Assembly (NCBI GenBank): GCA_965649215.1
Contig: CBFGJZ010000013.1
Location: forward strand, 9,241 to 41,648
From: a candidate division WOR-3 bacterium
GTDB lineage: Bacteria; Hydrothermota; Tepidihabitantia; Tepidihabitantales; CAIPLT01
Reading direction: 5' to 3'
Length of the DNA: 32,408 nt
Shown here in pieces: positions 29,700-32,408 of the stretch (positions are counted from its first letter, which is position 1; every line of letters starts with the position of its first letter). A program made the translations under genes and the position numbers. A model generated the notes under the pieces. That model was not told the origin of the DNA. It searched no databases and saw only the letters and a program-made list of their open reading frames with translations.

Positions 29700-30053
29700 A
29701 TGAGCAAAATTATTATTATTGTGATTGATGCCCAAACGGGCAGTAAAAAGATAATCAACTGGCTTTTAGGTACTGATTATAAAATTGTGCTGATGGGATT
29801 ACTGGATACTGCTAATGATAAAAAGAACAAAACCAGTTGGCATGATTTGTTCTTATGGCAAGAAGATTTCAATAATGCGGGTTTTAATGTTTCCATCAGT
29901 ACGGAGAAAGGTTCGTTATTCAACATTATCGGTACCCTACAAAGTTTACAAGCGGATATGTTGGTAATTCCAAAGAGAATTTTCTTAAGTTTGGCACACG
30001 ATGAATATGAAGATTTTTTAGAGCAAGTGCTCTGTCCAGTAATGTTATATTAA
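29700..30053 (+). CDS. Hypothetical protein, possibly a degenerate universal-stress-protein fold
   Basis: Starts 2 nt after the permease stop. MSKIIIIVID at the N-terminus and ADMLVI...CPVMLY at the C-terminus resemble USP edge motifs. Confidence 0.55.
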   Translation: MSKIIIIVIDAQTGSKKIINWLLGTDYKIVLMGLLDTANDKKNKTSWHDLFLWQEDFNNAGFNVSISTEKGSLFNIIGTLQSLQADMLVIPKRIFLSLAHDEYEDFLEQVLCPVMLY

Positions 30054-30075
30054 AAAAATTAAGAAAGGAAAAATA

Positions 30076-31269
30076 ATGAAAAAAAGCAAAGAATTAATTG
30101 AAATCAGTAAGCAATACAGTGCTAATAATTATCATCCGTTGCCTGTGGTTTTATCACACGGACAAGGGATTTGGGTTTATGATGTGGAGGGCAATAAATA
30201 TTTAGATATGCTGTCATCATATTCAGCACTAAATCAAGGTCATTGCCATCCGAAAATATTAGAAACATTAGTTGAGCAAGCCAATAGACTAACTTTAACA
30301 TCACGAGCATTTCATAATGATAAGTTTGGTCCGTTTTGTAAATATCTTTGTGAAGTTACTAAAAAAGATAAAGTCTTACTTATGAATAGCGGGGCTGAAG
30401 CAGTCGAAACCGCAATAAAAGCTGCCCGCAAATGGGGTTATCTAAAAAAGAAAGTTAAAGAAAATCAAGCAGAGATTATTGTCTGTGAAAATAACTTTCA
30501 TGGTCGCACTACAACGATTATCAGTTTCTCATCAGAAGCGCAGTATCGATTTGGTTTTGGACCATTCACACCGGGTTTTAAGATGATTCCATATGATGAT
30601 CTATCTGCCTTAGCTGGAGCAATTAATGAAAATACAGTTGGTTTTCTATTTGAACCAATTCAAGGCGAAGGTGGGGTAGTAGTTCCGAAAGATGGATATT
30701 TAAGAGGTGCAAAAGAGATTTGTCAAAAAGCCAATGTCCTATTCATTGATGATGAGATTCAAACAGGCTTAGGGAGAACAGGTCGTTTGTTTGCTTATGA
30801 ATATGAAGATGCAACGCCGGATATTTTAATACTTGGTAAAGCCTTAGGTGGTGGTTTTTATCCAATCTCCGCAATCTGCGCAGATGATGAGATTATGGAT
30901 GTCTTTACACCTGGCGACCATGGTTCAACTTTTGGTGGTAATCCTTTAGCTTGTGCAGTTGCTCATACTGCTTTACAAGTTATAATTAAAGAACAATTAG
31001 CGGATCAGGCTGAAGCATTGGGTAAATACTTTATGAATAAATTACGCTTAATAAAATCACCTTACATTAAAGAAATTAGAGGTAAAGGTTTATTGATTGG
31101 GGTAGTGCTCAATCAAAAAGCACGGCCATTCTGCGAAACATTAATGCAAGAGGGGATATTAGCCAAAGAAACGCATGATTATGTAATTCGTTTTGCCCCA
31201 CCTTTAATTATTGAAAAAGAAGACATTGACTGGGCGTTAGAAAGAATAAAGAAAGTATTATCATCATAA
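30076..31269 (+). CDS. rocD: Ornithine--oxo-acid transaminase
   Basis: ANNYHPLP, YSALNQGHCHP, LTLTSRAF, EPIQGEGG, DEIQTGLGRTG, GKALGGG, HGSTFGGNPL. Confidence 0.95.
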   Translation: MKKSKELIEISKQYSANNYHPLPVVLSHGQGIWVYDVEGNKYLDMLSSYSALNQGHCHPKILETLVEQANRLTLTSRAFHNDKFGPFCKYLCEVTKKDKVLLMNSGAEAVETAIKAARKWGYLKKKVKENQAEIIVCENNFHGRTTTIISFSSEAQYRFGFGPFTPGFKMIPYDDLSALAGAINENTVGFLFEPIQGEGGVVVPKDGYLRGAKEICQKANVLFIDDEIQTGLGRTGRLFAYEYEDATPDILILGKALGGGFYPISAICADDEIMDVFTPGDHGSTFGGNPLACAVAHTALQVIIKEQLADQAEALGKYFMNKLRLIKSPYIKEIRGKGLLIGVVLNQKARPFCETLMQEGILAKETHDYVIRFAPPLIIEKEDIDWALERIKKVLSS

Positions 31270-31366
31270 TAGATGATAATTACAATAAAATCCGAAATAA
31301 ATTGGCTTTAATACAAGAGCAGAATAATCTTGCTAATCGTGAAGTCAAGAAAAAAATAGAAAAAGA

Positions 31367-32209
31367 ATGCGGATATTAGTGACAGGTGCTCGTGGAATGT
31401 TGGGCACTGATTTATGTGTTTTATTAAAACAAAAACAAATTTCACCTATTGAACTTGATCTGCCAAAGTTTGATATTACCAATATCAACCAAGCAATTAA
31501 TACTATCAAACAACATAAACCAGAAATTATAATCCATCTTGCGGCTTTTACAGATGTTGATAGAGCCGAAGAAAACAAAGCAGATGCTTATGCTGTAAAT
31601 ACGCAAGGAACTTGGGCGGTTGCATTAGCCGCTCAGGAATGCAAAGCAAAATTACTTTATATCAGTACGGATTATGTCTTTGACGGCAGTAAAAACAAAC
31701 CCTATCATGAAAACGATCAACCCAATCCAATAAATTACTATGGTCTAACTAAACTACTCGGTGAGCGAGCAATTACTCAACACTTAAAACAATATTATAT
31801 TGTGCGAACCGCCTGGTTATTTGGAAAAAATGGCAATAATTTTGTTAAGACGATAATAAAACTTGCTCAAGAAAAAGACGATTTAGAAGTAGTCAATGAT
31901 CAAATTGGTTCACCAACTTATACCAAAGATTTAAGTCAAGCAATCTACAACCTTATTCAAACCGATAAATATGGCATTTACCATATTACCAATGCAGGAT
32001 ATTGTTCTTGGTATGAATTTGCTTGTGAGATTATAAAACAAGCAGAATTAAATACCCAAATAACACCAGTCAGTTCTGATAAGATTAATCGTAAAGCAAA
32101 AAGACCCGCTTATTCAGTGCTGGACAACGGCAAGTTTGAAAAAGTCTGTCAAGACAAACTCAGGAGTTGGCAGGAAGCATTAAAAGAATATCTACAATCT
32201 ATTAAATAA
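31367..32209 (+). CDS. rfbD: dTDP-4-dehydrorhamnose reductase
   Basis: GARGMLG, AAFTDVD, STDYVFDG, YGLTK, DQIGSPT, RPAYS. Confidence 0.95.
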   Translation: MRILVTGARGMLGTDLCVLLKQKQISPIELDLPKFDITNINQAINTIKQHKPEIIIHLAAFTDVDRAEENKADAYAVNTQGTWAVALAAQECKAKLLYISTDYVFDGSKNKPYHENDQPNPINYYGLTKLLGERAITQHLKQYYIVRTAWLFGKNGNNFVKTIIKLAQEKDDLEVVNDQIGSPTYTKDLSQAIYNLIQTDKYGIYHITNAGYCSWYEFACEIIKQAELNTQITPVSSDKINRKAKRPAYSVLDNGKFEKVCQDKLRSWQEALKEYLQSIK

Positions 32210-32256
32210 GACATTATTTTATCTTGACAAAGAGATGTTTAAAGGTAATATAAAAT

Positions 32257-32408
32257 ATGATTAAATCGATATATTCTAGAAAAAAGCTAAACACAGAAAT
32301 AAAATCTGAAAAAAAATACAAAAAGAAAAAAAATAAAGAAATTTTACAATTAAAAGAAAGCAGCATAAGAATAACAAATCCAACACAAGAAATTTTACCT
32401 CATATTAT
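32257..32408 (+). CDS. Possible partial CDS with a Lys-rich N-terminus, running off the window
   Basis: ATG 32257 opens MIKSIYSRKKLNTEIKSEKKYKKKKNKEILQ... with no stop before the window end; preceded by TTGACA-16 nt-TAATAT. Confidence 0.4.
   Translation, partial: MIKSIYSRKKLNTEIKSEKKYKKKKNKEILQLKESSIRITNPTQEILPHI

Noticed and set aside
2747-31578. Short ORFs in the track (e.g. 2747-2974, 3420-3671, 6741-6926, 7593-7778, 8064-8285, 8726-8932, 12013-12198, 13578-13871, 14575-14805, 15439-15753, 20259-20498, 21185-21367, 21526-21849, 24288-24485, 26802-27002, 27826-29526 set, 30122-30310, 31345-31578)
   Set aside because: They lie antisense or out of frame within well-supported genes and have no motifs; shadow ORFs.
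1-32408. Genome-wide TAG recoding, CRISPR arrays, tRNA/rRNA, IS elements, strong intrinsic terminators
   Set aside because: TAG terminates several full-length genes normally. No repeat-spacer arrays, RNA gene signatures, transposase/integrase motifs or convincing GC hairpin plus U-tract were seen.

Overview
AT-rich bacterial chromosomal segment from a probable diderm (LptF/LptG and an Omp85-type barrel are present) with a cobalamin-rich, probably anaerobic metabolism. About 27 CDS. I saw no rRNA, tRNA, CRISPR array or mobile element. Left part: a partial secreted TPR protein, a short asparaginase, nadE, lptF-lptG, an ftsE-ftsX-envC-like-holB-B12 radical SAM operon and a GT2 glycosyltransferase. 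Middle: a long + strand operon of patatin-POTRA-barrel protein, CvpA-like protein, cobO, meaB, a two-subunit acyl-CoA mutase with isobutyryl-CoA-mutase-type active-site residues, a carboxyltransferase and an aldehyde dehydrogenase. The most interesting element is a translationally coupled minus-strand three-gene operon (21462-25983). It encodes a PTS-EIIA/opine dehydrogenase fusion, a single-chain glutamate-mutase-like B12 protein and an asparagine-synthetase-like ATP-dependent ligase with a dead glutaminase domain. This looks like an uncharacterised small-molecule pathway (opine condensation, B12 radical rearrangement, then amide or lactam formation). Also notable: an orphan, divergent ribosomal protein L6 gene outside the spc operon, a second EIIA fusion (to an ArsB/NhaD-type permease), and repeated sigma70-type promoters placed 5-12 nt before start codons with no Shine-Dalgarno (leaderless transcription). 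All family calls come from motif recognition by eye; no searches were run.
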